64,000 nucleotides of DNA from Lama guanicoe (GCA_013239625.1 MU057346.1:5914431-5978430); one strand, 5' to 3'. Positions 37,330 through 50,493 are shown, numbered from the stretch's first letter. A program made the numbers and translations. The notes: a model not told the origin generated them from the letters alone.

Positions 37330-37960
37330 CTTATTCACAAATGGGTTGTACTATGCGTACTGTTCTGCTCTATCTTCTTTCTCTTAATATGATACCTTGG
37401 CACACTCTCCTACCAGTGGACAGAATTATCTCATTCTTGCTTACATCTGCCTGGTGTTTACCATGTACATTATCCATAATTGAACCAGTACATTACTCCC
37501 AGACATTATATTGTTCCCGGTTTTCTGTCATTAAGAGCAGTGATGTAATGAATATGCTTACATAGCAAGGTGTGTTCTTGTGAGTTTATTCCTAGGGCAG
37601 ATTCCCAGCTGTGGGATTGCTGGGTCAAAAGGCATATATATTTTTAAATATGATAGCTCTTGCCTCCTTGCTCTCCAGACAGATTGCCCCAATTCATATT
37701 TTCCCCAGAGGTGGATGGAGAGTACCTGTTTCTTCATTCCCTTGCCAGTACTGTGTGTCAGAAAATTAAAAAACTGCCTACGTGATAAGTGAAAAATGGT
37801 ATCTCGTTACTATTTTGATTAATTATGAGGACAGTTAAACACCTCTTCATCGTTTATTGGCTAGTTTTAATTATTTTAATGTGAACTGCCCACTTAAATC
37901 CTTTGCCTGGTTTTCTTTTTCTAATCAAGTTCTTTATCTTTTCCTTACTGATCTGGGGCA
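37330..37960 (-). mobile_element. L1ME-like fragment
   Basis: 'agattcccagctgtgggattgctgggtcaaaaggcatata', 'gtgaaaaatggtatctcgtt', 'gtgaactgcccacttaaatcctttgcc'. Confidence 0.8.
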
Positions 37961-38889
37961 CCTTCTTAATTTTGTCAAGTCTTAGAGAGTTCTAGCTCTT
38001 GAGCTTATGCCTGGTTTTATACTCTGGCGTGGAAAGACTTTGGTTAAACTAACTTTCCTCCTTCTTTTCCTTTGCTTTCCTCCCCTTTAATCCTTATTTT
38101 CCAGTACGGTGCTATGCACCCTGTGGACACAACAAACATGTGCTGATTGATTGTTTTATTTATCTGATTTTTACGGCTTCTTTCCTCAGAAGAGCTCCAC
38201 AGACTTTATTAACTCAGTAACCCTCAAAGCACTCTAGTGTGGCAGCTGTAATTACTGTCAGGGTTTTTAAGATGGTGAGACAGAGGAACCAAGATTATCC
38301 AGAATAATTTTTTGAGGGTCTCAGGAGGGAATTTGAAGGAGTTCAGCCTCTTCACAAGCTCTGGACCAAGAGAGTATGTCGAAGAGTCCTAGTCAGAATG
38401 ACTGTAGGTTGGTGGATGAGTGATCATTGGGTCTACAAAGATTTCTCCAAGCCCCCCTTAACTGTTCTTAGAGTGAGGTAAGACTGAATATTGGTTGTGT
38501 CTGTCTGGTTCAAATCCTAGTTCCTCATCTCAACAGTTGTGTGATGATGGGCAACAACAGTCATTGGTGTTTATTGGGCTCTTACTATATACCAGACCAC
38601 ATGCTGAATGTTTTTCATGCACTGCCTCACTTGGCCCTCACTGCAATCCTGTGACATGGCCAAAGGATTAAGTGACTGGCCTGCAATTGCATGGAACTAA
38701 CTGTTGGTTGAGACATAGTCAGTCTCCTGGTGTTTTTGTTTTGTGACTGCCTGTGAATTAGGTATTTCCATTTCTTTCCATGTGTTTATTTTTAATACTA
38801 ACAGTATTTAAATTTATTTATTTTTATTGAATTATAATGAGTTTGCAATGTTGGGCATTTATTGTTAACTTAGAGCAAACCGTACCTTT

Positions 38890-39428
38890 AAGTCCCCAAG
38901 AGCACCCCCAGATAGATTCATATGGAGGACTCAAAGGACTCAGGATATAGTTGGACTCATGGTTATGACATCAGTAAAAAGACACAAAGCAAAATCAGCA
39001 AAGGGAAAAAGCACATGGGGCAAAGTCCAGAGGAAAACAGGCACAAGCCTCCAAGATTCCTCTCCTAGTAGTCACACAGGACTTGCTTTATTCCTTCAAC
39101 AATGAGTTGTGACAAAACTGTGAAGAGTTGTCTCCGTGGAATACTGTTAGAGACCCAGTGCCTGTGGCTTTTACTGATGGTGGGTCCTGTAGGCACCTTT
39201 TGCTTAGCATGTGCCAAAATTCCAGACTCTGAGAAGAAAAGCAAATGTTTAACATAAACCATATTGTCTGTGCAAACAGTTTAGGTATAGTAGGCACCTT
39301 TATCAATTTTGGAATGGTGGGAACTCTCCTAAAATCCAAAGTCCCAGATACTAGCAAGGGACAAGCTTGCAAACAGACCTTTCTAAGGATGGCAATCTAA
39401 AGGTTACTAAGCTGACTATTTTCTACAC
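38890..39428 (-). mobile_element. MER68 ERVL solo LTR (second copy)
   Basis: 'gtccccaagagcacccccag...gcaaaatcagcaaagggaaaaagcacatggggcaaagtccagagg...gtagtcacacaggacttgcttt...ttttctacaca'. Confidence 0.85.
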
Positions 39429-40659
39429 AGCATGCAATAAAAGTTAATCATTTCCAGACATTATTTTATTTAATTATTGCAAGACTCTTATAGCATGGAT
39501 AGTATTATTCATAATTTAGGAATGAAGAAACTGAAGTTTTGGAAGTTTAAGAACCTCACTCAGAATCATCTCTGGTAGATCAGAGCACAGGCATGTTGGA
39601 CTGTAACCAGTGTGCAATAAACCATTCCCATTATAGGGAGGATCATGGTTATTACACCTTCCCTTTGAGCCCTCTGCCAACCCCCGTGCTCTCTCCTGAT
39701 GTAGGTATCACTGGAAATCTGGCCCCAGTGTCCTAGAGGGTGTGCCTGGAGCCTAGGGGCAATGTCATGTATCTACTCACTTTGCCTGTAGATTGCAGAC
39801 CCCATGCTAGAATTTATAACAATTAGTATCTTTGGGGACCCCCCTCCTTCACTAAGCCTCTGCCTCGCCCCTTTCCTGTGCCAGCAAACCAAACTCACAT
39901 GAAAACTGAAGCTAGAGAGAAGCCTCCTGGCTTGATCAGGCTTTCTGAATCCCTGGCAAACGTTGCCTAGACATCTGAAACCCTGGGTTCCTTAAAAAAG
40001 AATTCCAGGGGTATATTTATTAGCAAGCATAAATTTCGACAGATTTTCATGTTCCTTTTTCTTGGCAGGNNNNNNNNNNNNNNNNNNNNNNNNNNNNNNN
40101 NNNNNNNNNNNNNNNNNNNNNNNNNNNNNNNNNNNNNNNNNNNNNNNNNNNNNNNNNNNNNNNNNNNNNNNNNNNNNNNNNNNNNNNNNNNNNNNNNNNN
40201 NNNNNNNNNNNNNNNNNTCACCATGCCTGGGCAGGAACATCCCTCCATCCCACTTTTTCAGGAGTATAAGACGCTGTAACCATATTAAGGCTGCATATGT
40301 CTGCATGGCTGCAAGCAGTAGGTTAGTGGAGGAATTAAGCAGGGCATATGGCTTCCGGCGGGCTGCCTAGATCATGGCACTGTTGCCCAGCCCTGTGCCA
40401 AGCGGGCTGCTGAAGCTGCTGTGCCTGGTGCTCCCTGAAAGAGGGGTTTCAGCCAAACTTGTTGATTAGTGCTCTCTGAGGCTGCTAAAATGCTCTGCCT
40501 GGTTGGCAAGGCCTGCCTCTCTCATGGACAGACCTCAGCCTGCTCTCTTCGGCTGCCTTGGGGACAGCAGTCTCTGCTTGTCCTGAAGTTCTCAGCCCGT
40601 AGGTCAGGTGGGCGCACCCTTCTCCTTCCAACTCTAGTCCCTCCTGCTCCTTCCAGTTA

Positions 40660-41495
40660 ATTCTCTATCAGGAAGTCAGAATGATCTTTTCAGAATGCAA
40701 AGCTGATAGTGGTCAAAATAATTAAACAAATAAACAAACAAACAAAACACCCTCCCCCCCCCAAAAAAAAACTTCACTGATTCTCATTGATGTTAAAATA
40801 AAAAGCCAAAATTCTTAACATGGCCTGCATGGCCCTGCCTGGCCCCTGCCCTCCTTTGCTGCCTCATCCACAACTGAGCTCCCTCTTGGTCTCGATACTT
40901 CAGCCACACCAGCCTTCTCTCACTTCTATGTGCATTTTGCACATGCTCTTTCCTTCACCCTCAGTCTCTTCTTCCTCAGTCAGTGTCTTCCAACCTTAGC
41001 TGCATGTTAAAATTGTCTGGGGTACAGGGCGAGGGTTCCTAAAAATACCAATGCTTGGACCTACCACCAAAGATTTGAATTCATTGGTCTGGAGAGAGCC
41101 CTGGTAATCAGCATTTTAAGACCTCTGCAGGTAATTTTAATATGTCTCTAGGAGTGAGGAACCCTGACCTGGTTAATTCCTGTGCAGCCTTTAGATCTCA
41201 GTTCCATGGTCCTTTTTTTTTTTTTCTTTCCAAGGGATCCTTTTATTCAAGAATGTTTCTATTTTATACTCTTGACAAATCACTTAAACTACCCTTCCTC
41301 ATAGTCCTTAAGAGTCTGAATTTTACACTTTAATTGTGGGATAATTGGATTACTATCTCTCTTCCTTGGTGGACTTTAAGCTTCATGTGGGCCATTGTTA
41401 TGTATCATTTTGTTCACCGTTATAAATTCAGTGCTGTCATAGTGACTAGAAGCTTCACAAGAGGTCAATAAATAATGGTAAAATAAATGAATGAA
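40660..41495 (+). mobile_element. L2 LINE 3' region interrupted by MER5
   Basis: 'cagaatgatcttttcagaatgcaaagctga', 'ccaaaattcttaacatggcctgcatggccctgc', ends 'caataaata...aaatgaatgaat'. Confidence 0.8.
40981..41166. mobile_element. MER5B-like hAT DNA transposon
   Basis: 'cagtgtcttccaaccttagctgcatgttaaaat...aattcattggtctgg...caggtaattttaatatg...tgaggaaccctg'. Confidence 0.75.
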
Positions 41496-41959
41496 TTTTG
41501 GGGCCCTCCCAAATTCTTCAGGGTGGCCCAAATAATCCTATTTAGATTTTCAGAATATCAGATATGTTTTAATATTGCTTCTGACCAAGGGCTTCTCCTC
41601 TGGTCAGTCATGAAAATCCTAATCAGTCTCTTTTGTGACCAAGAGCAGACCGGGGGTGGTAGATCAAGAAGTGTGAAGTGGTGTTGAGTAGAAGTAGGTG
41701 AGCTGGTGTGAGTAGTGGTCAGATCCTGCAGGGCAGATGGAGAGGTAGAGCAGGTACACGCGGAAGGAATGTACTAGGTGTAAAGACATAGCCTCCCATG
41801 AATAGCCCGTGAATTTAGTGTCCAGTAAATTCAAGATCCTGACCCAGAACACCGTTCTTTTACTGACTCTGGAAAGGAAACAGGTATTCAAATTGGACAG
41901 ATAAGCACACATGTGAGTTAGGAGGAATCAACACTTGAAGATGGTGAGGTTATCTTAAG

Positions 41960-42490
41960 AGAATGTGGAGCATCAATGGATGAATTCAGAGGTCACAGGT
42001 CAACCCAAGTTATACACCAGAGGAAACAATTTTCAACTGAAATTGTGAAACTGTAGCATGTGATCTCTGAGACATAATGAGGGGTAGGGGAGCTGCTAGA
42101 TGTCTGTAGAGGGAAAATGTTCTAATTTTCCAAAAAGGGAATATTGTAGAATCTTGAAATTGCAAATAAAACCTTTAAAAGTATACCTAGAAAAATTATA
42201 GAAGGATTTAAAAAGTGATAGTTGTGATCCATAGAAAAGAAAGCAAGACTCACTGGACCCAGCATAGGTTTGCTAAGAATCATTCATGTTGAACCAACAT
42301 TATTCCATCTTCTAGTAAGATTATTAGATGGAAAGATCATGTTGAAAATATACCTGTAGCATCTTTTGATTTCATAACAGCATTAGGTGATGTTTCTTCT
42401 GATATCCTTTTTTTTCAGACAAGATAGAAATTAGTTGCACTTGTAACTGACTAAACTACTATACCTAAGAATAACTCACTGTAGAGAGAT
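41960..42490 (+). mobile_element. L3/CR1 LINE ORF2 remnant (second)
   Basis: 'gttctaattttc' then 'aaaaaggga' (VPIFKKG with a frameshift); 'cagcataggtttgctaagaatcattcatgttgaaccaac' reads QHRFAKNHSC*TN; 'tttgatttcataacagcatta' reads FDFITAL (LDFSKAF). Confidence 0.8.
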
Positions 42491-42875
42491 GTCCTACCAT
42501 TGCACTAACTTCTAACTTTGTTCCTGTATCTTCTTGTCTTTATTCTTTTTTCTCTACAGATTTCCTTTGCTTACTCTATTTCCCATGCCTTCTCTGTATA
42601 TGTAACTGATTCTCAAATCTATATTTCCTACTTTCATTTTTCTCCAAAGCTACAGAACTACTTTTATAGTTGGAAATTCTCAAACTTTTTAGCCAAAATA
42701 GAAGTCATTATCTCTCTTGTTACTCACCCCAAATCTCAGTCTTGTCTTTCTTTGGGAATTGGGAAATGAAGAATTTTCTTCTTAACCAGGCATCAGATCT
42801 TTCTTTTCTTGTCTTTGGGCTGTAGCTTGTTTCAGTCTTTGTTTTTGTATCCAAGTAGACTGAGGAGAGGTTAGA

Positions 42876-43048
42876 CACCATCATCATCATCACCACTCCT
42901 GTCCCCACCACCACTTTGTCCATCACCCCCTCACCAACACCGTCACACTACCACCATCACCACCATCTTCGCTGTTGTCACCACCATCACCTCTACCACC
43001 ACCGTCACTACCACCACCATCTTCATCACCATCACCTACCAGTACCAA
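42876..43048. repeat. Degenerate (CAC/CAT)n trinucleotide low-complexity tract
   Basis: caccatcatcatcatcaccac...caccaccatcttcatcaccatcacc. Confidence 0.9.
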
Positions 43049-43544
43049 CATTAAAACAGTTTTGCAGCACACAGGGTAGGAAACACATAGACAACACACA
43101 GATTAAAACTGAGATATAATATGTCACCAACATATTCTCTAATTGAATCCTCACAACTTAATAAGGTAGGTGCTAGCCTTATCACCATTTTCAAATCCCT
43201 TGCCCGTGAGCATACAACTAGCAAATTCTGAACCAGGATTCATATCATCTACAGACAGTTCACCTGCAGCACCTATACTCTTAACCATCACTCCCCACAG
43301 AGACACCTGGTACATAAAACTTAACCACTTCTCTCAAAGGATTCTCTAAGTTTCTGGCACTGAATACATTGTATCACCATTGGTTGTGTAATTCAGTGTT
43401 TTGGTGGTTCCACTCTGAGCTTTTTAAGGGCATGAATTCTCCTCTTACTTATCTTTCTACCTCTGGGGCCCAGCACTATGCTTAGTATATAGAATGAGTG
43501 CTAGAAAGGTGATTTTCATCATTAAGTGGTTTGGATTTTAACAG

Positions 43545-43711
43545 CATTCTTCAAGGCATAATCTATGTGCCATTCACAATAGAATTGCATTAAACATGTT
43601 TTGAGGCTTCATGCAGACCACCTGAATCAGTCTCTAGGTATGGATTTGGGTAATCTGCATTTTAAACACATTCTCCCATGATTTTTATGTTCTCTAGTTT
43701 GAAACCCACTG
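43545..43711. mobile_element. MER5A/B hAT DNA transposon
   Basis: 'cctgaatcagtctctagg...aatctgcattttaaac...gtttgaaacccactg'. Confidence 0.7.
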
Positions 43712-44639
43712 CAGCCTCTTCCAGGGCTGAGATTCTGTCATGGTGATTTCTTGTTTTATCCACATAGGACAGTAAAAGATGCCATGGGGAAAAAAAAATT
43801 GTTCTGGGAATATCTTTGTAACAGCATTTGATTTCTGGGATTCTATATTCAGTTGTATTGTTTTCACTGTAAGTTTCCTCAAATCCTTTGTGGAAAGAGC
43901 CAAACTATATAAATCAATATGAGTTAATAAAATTAAGCTATACTGTTTCCCTAAGTCATCAGACAATAGAAACCTAAATAACACAGCTCCCTCATGGCTA
44001 CTAAAACTCTGACCTGTCATTGACCAGAAGGCATTTCTTGCCCAGGCAGGATGGCACTACAGGGCCAGAGTGTTACTAAGTACCAGGGGGTCAAGCCATG
44101 TAAAGCGAATTACTTCCCCACCTTGTGTTCTCTTCCTGGAATACTCAGATGTGAGCTTGGCCTAATGGCCAGAGCCCTCACCCTGAAGTTGGCAAACCTG
44201 AGCTTGTGTTCTTTCACCACTGTTCAGGCAAGCTGGTTACCTTTTTCAGAGCTTGTCTCCACACCAGGGAAATGGTTGAAAAAGACCTCTTTGGGATTTG
44301 TAAGGACTGGGAATCGGATATACAAGAGGCTCTGTCCTGTGCTTGGCATGTAGTTGGGATTTAAACAAGGGGTATTACTCTTCTTCCTTCTTTTACTATT
44401 ATTTAAAAATTATGATCATCCTAATTCTAATTATTTTTATTCCTTCCTGCTGGGAGGAATCAAATCATTGAATCCCTACTACTGATGCTCTTAGAACCCA
44501 ACTGTAGCATGATGACAAATTAAGACTTGCATTAGCTCCAAGAGCTAATAGTTCCTCTCTTTGAAATGTCTCTCAAGGAACTTCCAACAATGCATTTCCT
44601 GTAGGACATATAATCTGTATTTTTAACCATAGATTTGGA

Positions 44640-45133
44640 AAAACTACCTATAAGGTTAGCTGCAAAAATGACCATAATATACCCCTTGTGATGTGACTTT
44701 GTAATGTCTCTCAGAAGTGTTGTCTGTTTTCCCATCCCTGGGAATCTGGGTGGGCCTGTGACCTGCTTTGGTCTACACAGTGTGGTGGAAGTGATGGCGT
44801 GCCAGATCTGAGCCTAGGCCTTGCACCATGTAGCAAGAAGGATGGTCAAGGTGGCCAGAAGGATAAGATACCTGTGACCCAGTCACCCTTGAAATCCCCT
44901 CAATGGCTAGCCAACCACCAGATGTGAGTGAGGCCATTCTAGGCCAGCTGGCCACCAGCCAACCTACCAGCTGCCTGCAGACACATGAGCCGGCCCTGCT
45001 GAACTCAGGCAAGCCTGGCCCAGATCATCAGAACCATCCAGCTGTTCTAGGGACTCATAAGCAATGATAGATGCTTATGGCTTTAAGCCACTGGGTTTAG
45101 GAGCAGTTGGTGATGCAGCAATAGCTAACTGAA
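44640..45133 (+). mobile_element. Old MaLR LTR (MLT1F/G/H group)
   Basis: 'gaatctgggtgggcctgtgacctgctttgg...gatctgagcctaggcctt...agatgtgagtgaggccattc...tttaagccactgggttt...gcagcaatagctaactga'. Confidence 0.8.
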
Positions 45134-46154
45134 ATTGCCTCAAATTTGGCAGCTGTTCATTTCAGCATCACACAGTAGACTGTTAGTCAACAAATATCTG
45201 AGTGCCTAGCAGTGCCAGACTCAGGATGTAGTGGTGAATATGGAAGATACCCAGCCCTCAAGGGGCTTGCATTTGAGAACTATGTAAATAGATAGAAATC
45301 AGTATAAATAGATAGAAACATAAAGGACATAGTGGGATCCGTGAGTCCACTTGAATATCACCAGATTGGGAGGCCTGTATCTAGGGCCCTTGATCATGAT
45401 TTTTGTGCTTTAATTCTATGACATTAAAAAGCCCTCCATGTAGTCCAGAAAGTGTATTTAAAGGCACGTTCTTCTCTGGTAGGGTGGCCTCCCAGGGTCC
45501 ATGGTAAGCACAGATGTAATCCTGTACCCTTGAACCAGGGCATCCCTGAAGGCTTCAGGATAGGTGGGCTTACACTATCTTTCCCCAGCTCATTCCCCAG
45601 GCTGAGAGAGTTGTTGAGGAGCTATCTTCTCTTACAATGAGAAGCCTATTGGCCCAGTTTCTGAAAATGGTTTAGAGGTAGCTGTGGTATTAGTTACCAC
45701 AGCCTTTCTATAGGGTCCTGGATTTCAAACTCAAATGCCCAGTCCTCCTCTCTGTTCATTATGAACAACTGTTACAAGGGGCTAAAGGGTTTTCCTGGAG
45801 ATACCAGTGAGTCACAGAAGGTGGGCGCTTCATAGACGTGATGATTCTCTTTCTTCCATGGTCTCCTGAGACTGAGAGGTTTCTTCAGCTAAATGACAGA
45901 GATCCTAAAATTAACCCTATGTGTTGTCAGCAGGTGTCCAGCAGGGCTGATCACAAGTGAACTACATTCATTCACTTTTTTCAATTTTTTCAGGGCACCT
46001 ATATGTGCCAGGTAAATGCAGAGATAAACATTCACAGCTCTCACCTTCAGGACTCACAGAGGAGTATATAATTTCAATACCATGTAATAAGTACTACAGC
46101 ATGTATACATAGATGGTGATTGGAGAGAGTCAGAACAACCCAGATGAAGCTTCA

Positions 46155-46315
46155 AAGCAGTGTAGTGTGTTGATGGAGAACTTAGGGTCAGTTGACTTTA
46201 AGCCCTGGCTCTGCCACTCTCAAGCTCTGTGACCCTAGGTAAGTTGCTTTATCTCTTCAAGCCTCAATTTTCTTATCTGGGGAATGGGGATAGTGATTGT
46301 ACTCATTTCAAAGCC
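46155..46315 (+). mobile_element. MIR SINE
   Basis: 'ggctctgccactctcaagctctgtgaccctaggtaagttgctttatctcttcaagcctcaattttcttatctg'. Confidence 0.85.
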
Positions 46316-46344
46316 TGCTTCTTCCTCTTTCTTTGCCTAGCCAG

Positions 46345-46700
46345 GCCCAGCCCAAGGTTAGCTGTGCAGGAGGTTAGCCAGGTCTATCTTACTGACCTCC
46401 AATAAAAATCTGGATGACAAGGCTCCCATTAGCTTTCCTGGGTGACACGACTCTGTGTATTTTCATACATCATGGCTGGGAGAAATAGGTGCTATCTGCA
46501 ACACTCTACTGGTAAAGGCCAACTATAGATTGTCTCTCCTGGACCCTTCTCCATGTGCCTCTTCAAAATTTGCTAATTTTAATGTGTATTCTGTTGCTGT
46601 AATAAGCCAAAACTGTTAGTACAATAGCTTTTCTGAATTTGGTGAATCCTTCTAGTGAATCATTGAATCTGAGGGTGATCTTGGGGACTCCTGAGCAACA
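46345..46700 (+). mobile_element. MER21C-like LTR 3' part
   Basis: 'ccaataaaaatctgga...gctttcctggg...tgaatccttctagtgaatcattgaatctgagggtgatcttggggactcctga'. Confidence 0.8.
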
Positions 46701-47431
46701 GTGGTTGGTATAGAGTGAGTGACTAATGTTAATTGAGTGCTGAAGAAACTGATTTTTTGAGGCTTTGCCCATGAGCCCTTGAAGAAAGAAGACTTGCTCA
46801 GCTGTGGCCCTTCTGTAGGCAGGTACAAAGGGAACAATTTCTACAAAGTGGTCAGCCCTGCTGGAGGGTCCATCCATGGTCTCTTCCTCCCCTGTAATGT
46901 CCTGATCTAGGTGATCACAAGGCTTAAGAAAAATTACTCAGAGTTCCTTGGGTTTTCTCAAGCATCAACACAGACCTCCTTCTGCAAACTCCACTCTGGG
47001 ATACCTGGAAACTGTTGCACATTGATATTCCCAAGGCCCCATATTTATCTTTGAAAGGTGGTCAATGGACTGGATGCCATCTCAGGGAACAAGATATGAC
47101 CTGATAGAACTCTTTAACATCCTTGAAAATATCCTGTAACTTTCCAGTACATGGGGAAGGATTTGCATAAATCTACGCTATCAATCCAGGTCTGTGGCTG
47201 CAGGAAACCAAAGCCCACTCAAGGTAGCTCAAGTGAAAGAAGGCTGCTATATATAGGAATAGGCATGTACGCACAAAACCAAAAGTACAGTTAGACCTAG
47301 TGAAGAATAGGATGAGGAAGTGTGGGACTGAGGAGACTCTCCACCTCTCAGAGCTTCACAGGTTTTACCTTCACTGTGCTTTTTAAAATTTTATATGTGT
47401 TCCATTGTAGCTGCCAGACCCGACTCTACTT

Positions 47432-47655
47432 AAGGGGTCAGCAAACTTTCTTTTGTGAAGGGCCAGGTAGTAAGTATTTTTGACTCTGTGTGACATAAAA
47501 TCTTTGTTGCAACTACTCGACTCTGAGGTTGTAGCATGAAAGTAGCCATAGATAATATGAAAACAAATGGGCATGACTGTGTTCTAGTAAGATTTTACTT
47601 ATAAGAACAGGGGCAGGCCAGATATGGCCCCTGGGCCACAGTTTGCCAACCCCTA
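47432..47655. mobile_element. MER58A hAT-Charlie MITE, full length
   Basis: TIRs 'ggggtcagcaaact' / 'agtttgccaacccc'; 8-bp TSD ctctactt / ctctatgt; 224 bp. Confidence 0.9.
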
Positions 47656-49014
47656 CTCTATGTCATGACCTTAAGCATCTGCTGCCAACTAATAGATTCT
47701 GTGCCTTTTTGATCAGATTCCCAAGAGAAGAACTGAGTGGCTCAACACAGTCTATGAGAGGCAACCTTTGGATCGTGTAGCACGTCCAGCCCCTTCAGCT
47801 GTGGCCATACGGGGATGGGATCATATGCTATAAACACAGTCAACCGATCCCAGACCACGAATGGAGATATATTATAACATATACTTGATTCCCATGAACT
47901 CTTTCATTCAGTTCCCTTCTTTGACTTTTTGAGGCTATATGGAAATCCAAGTCATGGAGGAGCTTATGTTAATCTCATGATTTCAGCATTTTTCAGTCAT
48001 CTACCCGTAATGCAGATGCTGGCAATATAAGCGAGCAAGAGGTCCCACCCGTCTCAAAAGCTGTGAACTAAAAGCATTTCATTCATTTACTTATTCACTG
48101 TTAAGTTCTTATTGTGTATCAGGGTATTGAGTGCCTTGTTAGCCCTAAAACTACATTCCCTCTGTGGATGGTTAAATTAGATCCTATTGACTTGCTTTTG
48201 TAGAATGACCCTCTCACCTGACAAAGTGTTACGGTGAAGTGTCATTTAGTCCCAGGTAGGTCCCTAACTTGCTTGAAGATTATGATATAAGCTCTAGGTA
48301 AAAACATCCTAAAAATATTAGAGAGCGAGGCACCAGCTCATATTCTCACATATCCCTTCAGAAAGAGGCTTCTGTGAGTGTTTGTTTTACTCAACTTGTT
48401 AGAGGAAAGTTTCAGGCAGATTAAAGCTTGCTGGCTAAACTTACTGAATCTCAAGCCCAGTACAAAACATCTTTTTGGTCACTGAACTCTTTAGTCAGTT
48501 CCAGGGATATATGTAGGGGCAGGGGTCACATATCTCCTGAGTAAAATCACTGTGAAACCATCACCTGGTTGGAGGCTGTCCCACAACAGGTGGGATCACA
48601 ACCAGGAAAGGAGTGTCTGAGACTTTCAGCATATTATCCACAAGAAACCTTTGTGGCACTCATCTTTTCTGCTGTTTGTGCATGTCAATATCTGGGCCCA
48701 AACAACGTGGACTGACTACCAGGTAAAGCTTAGGTGCTACTTTTACTACACCATAAATCAGGAGGCAGATGATGGCAATAGTGACTTATGCTGTGTTCCT
48801 TCACCTTATTGGAAGATTTAGTGTACCTGGGAGCATCAGGCTTTGGCAAACCTTGAGTCAGCCTGACTGCAGATGGGCAGGGCATGAGGAATGTCCCATA
48901 TGGTACAGGCAGGTTTAATATGCACAGCTTAGTTTAAGACCTTTCTCTCATATGAAATGCTTGAGTGCAGAACTGCTCCTTTTAAAACTCATTCAACAGA
49001 GACACCCATCTACA

Positions 49015-49695
49015 CTATCATACCCTCTTGACAGGATGGTTGCAAAAGCTTTTTAACAGGTCTCTGATTCTGTTCCCACCCTGCACTGCCTTCAGTCTAT
49101 TCTCCACACAGCTGCCAGAGAGAGAGACTTAGATCAGAAAAATCAACCCCTGCTCAAAACCCTCTAATGTCTTAGAATAAATAAAAACTCCTTGTCATTG
49201 CTATGAGGCCCTACATGACCTGTCTTCTGTTTTTCCTTTTGACCCCATTTTATCAGTTTCCTTTCAGCCCCAGTGTTGTAACCACGTGGTATTCTTGTTG
49301 GTCTTCCAACCTTCCCAGCCTCAGGGCCTTTGCACTTGCTGCATCCTCTTTCTGGGATACTCTCTCTGTCAGCCTTTAGGATGGCTTGTCCTCACACTTC
49401 ATTCAAGTCTTGGGTAATGTGTCTTTTCTTCAGTGATCTCTTTCCTAACTACTCTATCTAAAAGTAGCTCCTGCCTTCCCACCATTGTCCTCCTGTCCAC
49501 TTTATCTTCATAGTACTCATCACTACCTGAAATCCTATTACATTAGTCTTTGTTTCTTTGTGCATCGTCTATCTCCTCCACTCAAACATCAACTCCATGA
49601 AAGCAGGGGACTTCACCTGTCTTGTCTGCTACTGCAGCTACAGTGCCTTGAATAGGGCCAGGCTCATAGTAGTTATTGAATGGATGTGTGAATAA
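49015..49695 (+). mobile_element. L2a-like LINE 3' region
   Basis: 'cagtctattctccacacagctgccagag', 'ctcagggcctttgcacttgctg', 'aactccatgaaagcagggga', ends 'ttgaatggatgtgtgaat'. Confidence 0.88.
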
Positions 49696-50038
49696 ACACC
49701 AACAGCACTACAGCAGTATAAAGAGATATTTAATTTATTCACAGTGTGTTGGGACAGATTGTTGATTAAAGGTCAAATCTATGTTGAATCCAAAAGGGAA
49801 ATTCATTTATTCATTCATTTGCTAATTTAAAAACTATGTATTGAACCCCTTCTAAGTGCTGGACTCTGAGGATAGAGTCATGATAGGTAAGTTCTTGTGC
49901 TTTTGAAGGTCTGACCTTAGCTACTGTTGATTGAACAAAAGCTGTATGCCATGAACTCTGCTAAAGTGCTTTCCATATGGTAGGCAGCACGATGTGTGAG
50001 TGTGGGGAAGGCAGCCCAGAAAGAAGGAAAGGCATGAA

Positions 50039-50493
50039 TGTATTAGTTTCCTAGGGCCACCACACCAAATTACCACACGTTTTGTGACTTAAAACAATAG
50101 AAATGTATTCTCTCACAGTTCTGGAGGCCAGAAGTCCAAAGTCAAGCTGTCACCAGGGCCATGTTTCCTCCTGAGACTCTAGGCAAGAGCTCTCCTCCAG
50201 GTGTGTAGCTTCTGGTGGATCTTGATGTTCCTCAGCTTACTGTGGCCTCACTCCAGTCTCTGTTTCTGTTGTCATGTGGCCTTTCCCCCTGTATTTATGT
50301 GTCCCAAATATCCCTCTCTTGTCCTTAATAAGAACACTAGTCATTGAATTTAGGGCCCACCTTAAAGCATGATCTCATCTAGACATCCTTAGCTAATGTG
50401 CAAAGATCCTGTTACCTAACAAGATCACATTCACAGGTTTGGGGGCTAGGACTTGGCCATATCTTTTGGGGGAACACTATTCACCTCACTACA
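50039..50493 (-). mobile_element. MLT1C/B-like MaLR solo LTR, full length
   Basis: 'tgtattagtttcctagggcc...tctctcacagttctggaggccagaagtccaaa...tattcacctcactaca'; TSD atgaa/gtgaa. Confidence 0.9.

Noticed and set aside
33342-39428. Two MER68 LTRs as the ends of one provirus
   Set aside because: The interior contains older MIR and L1ME, unique DNA and a different ERVL with its own LTR; no outer TSD is visible
42916-43119. Poly-His 67-aa ORF
   Set aside because: By-product of the CAC/CAT low-complexity tract; non-ATG start and no splice context
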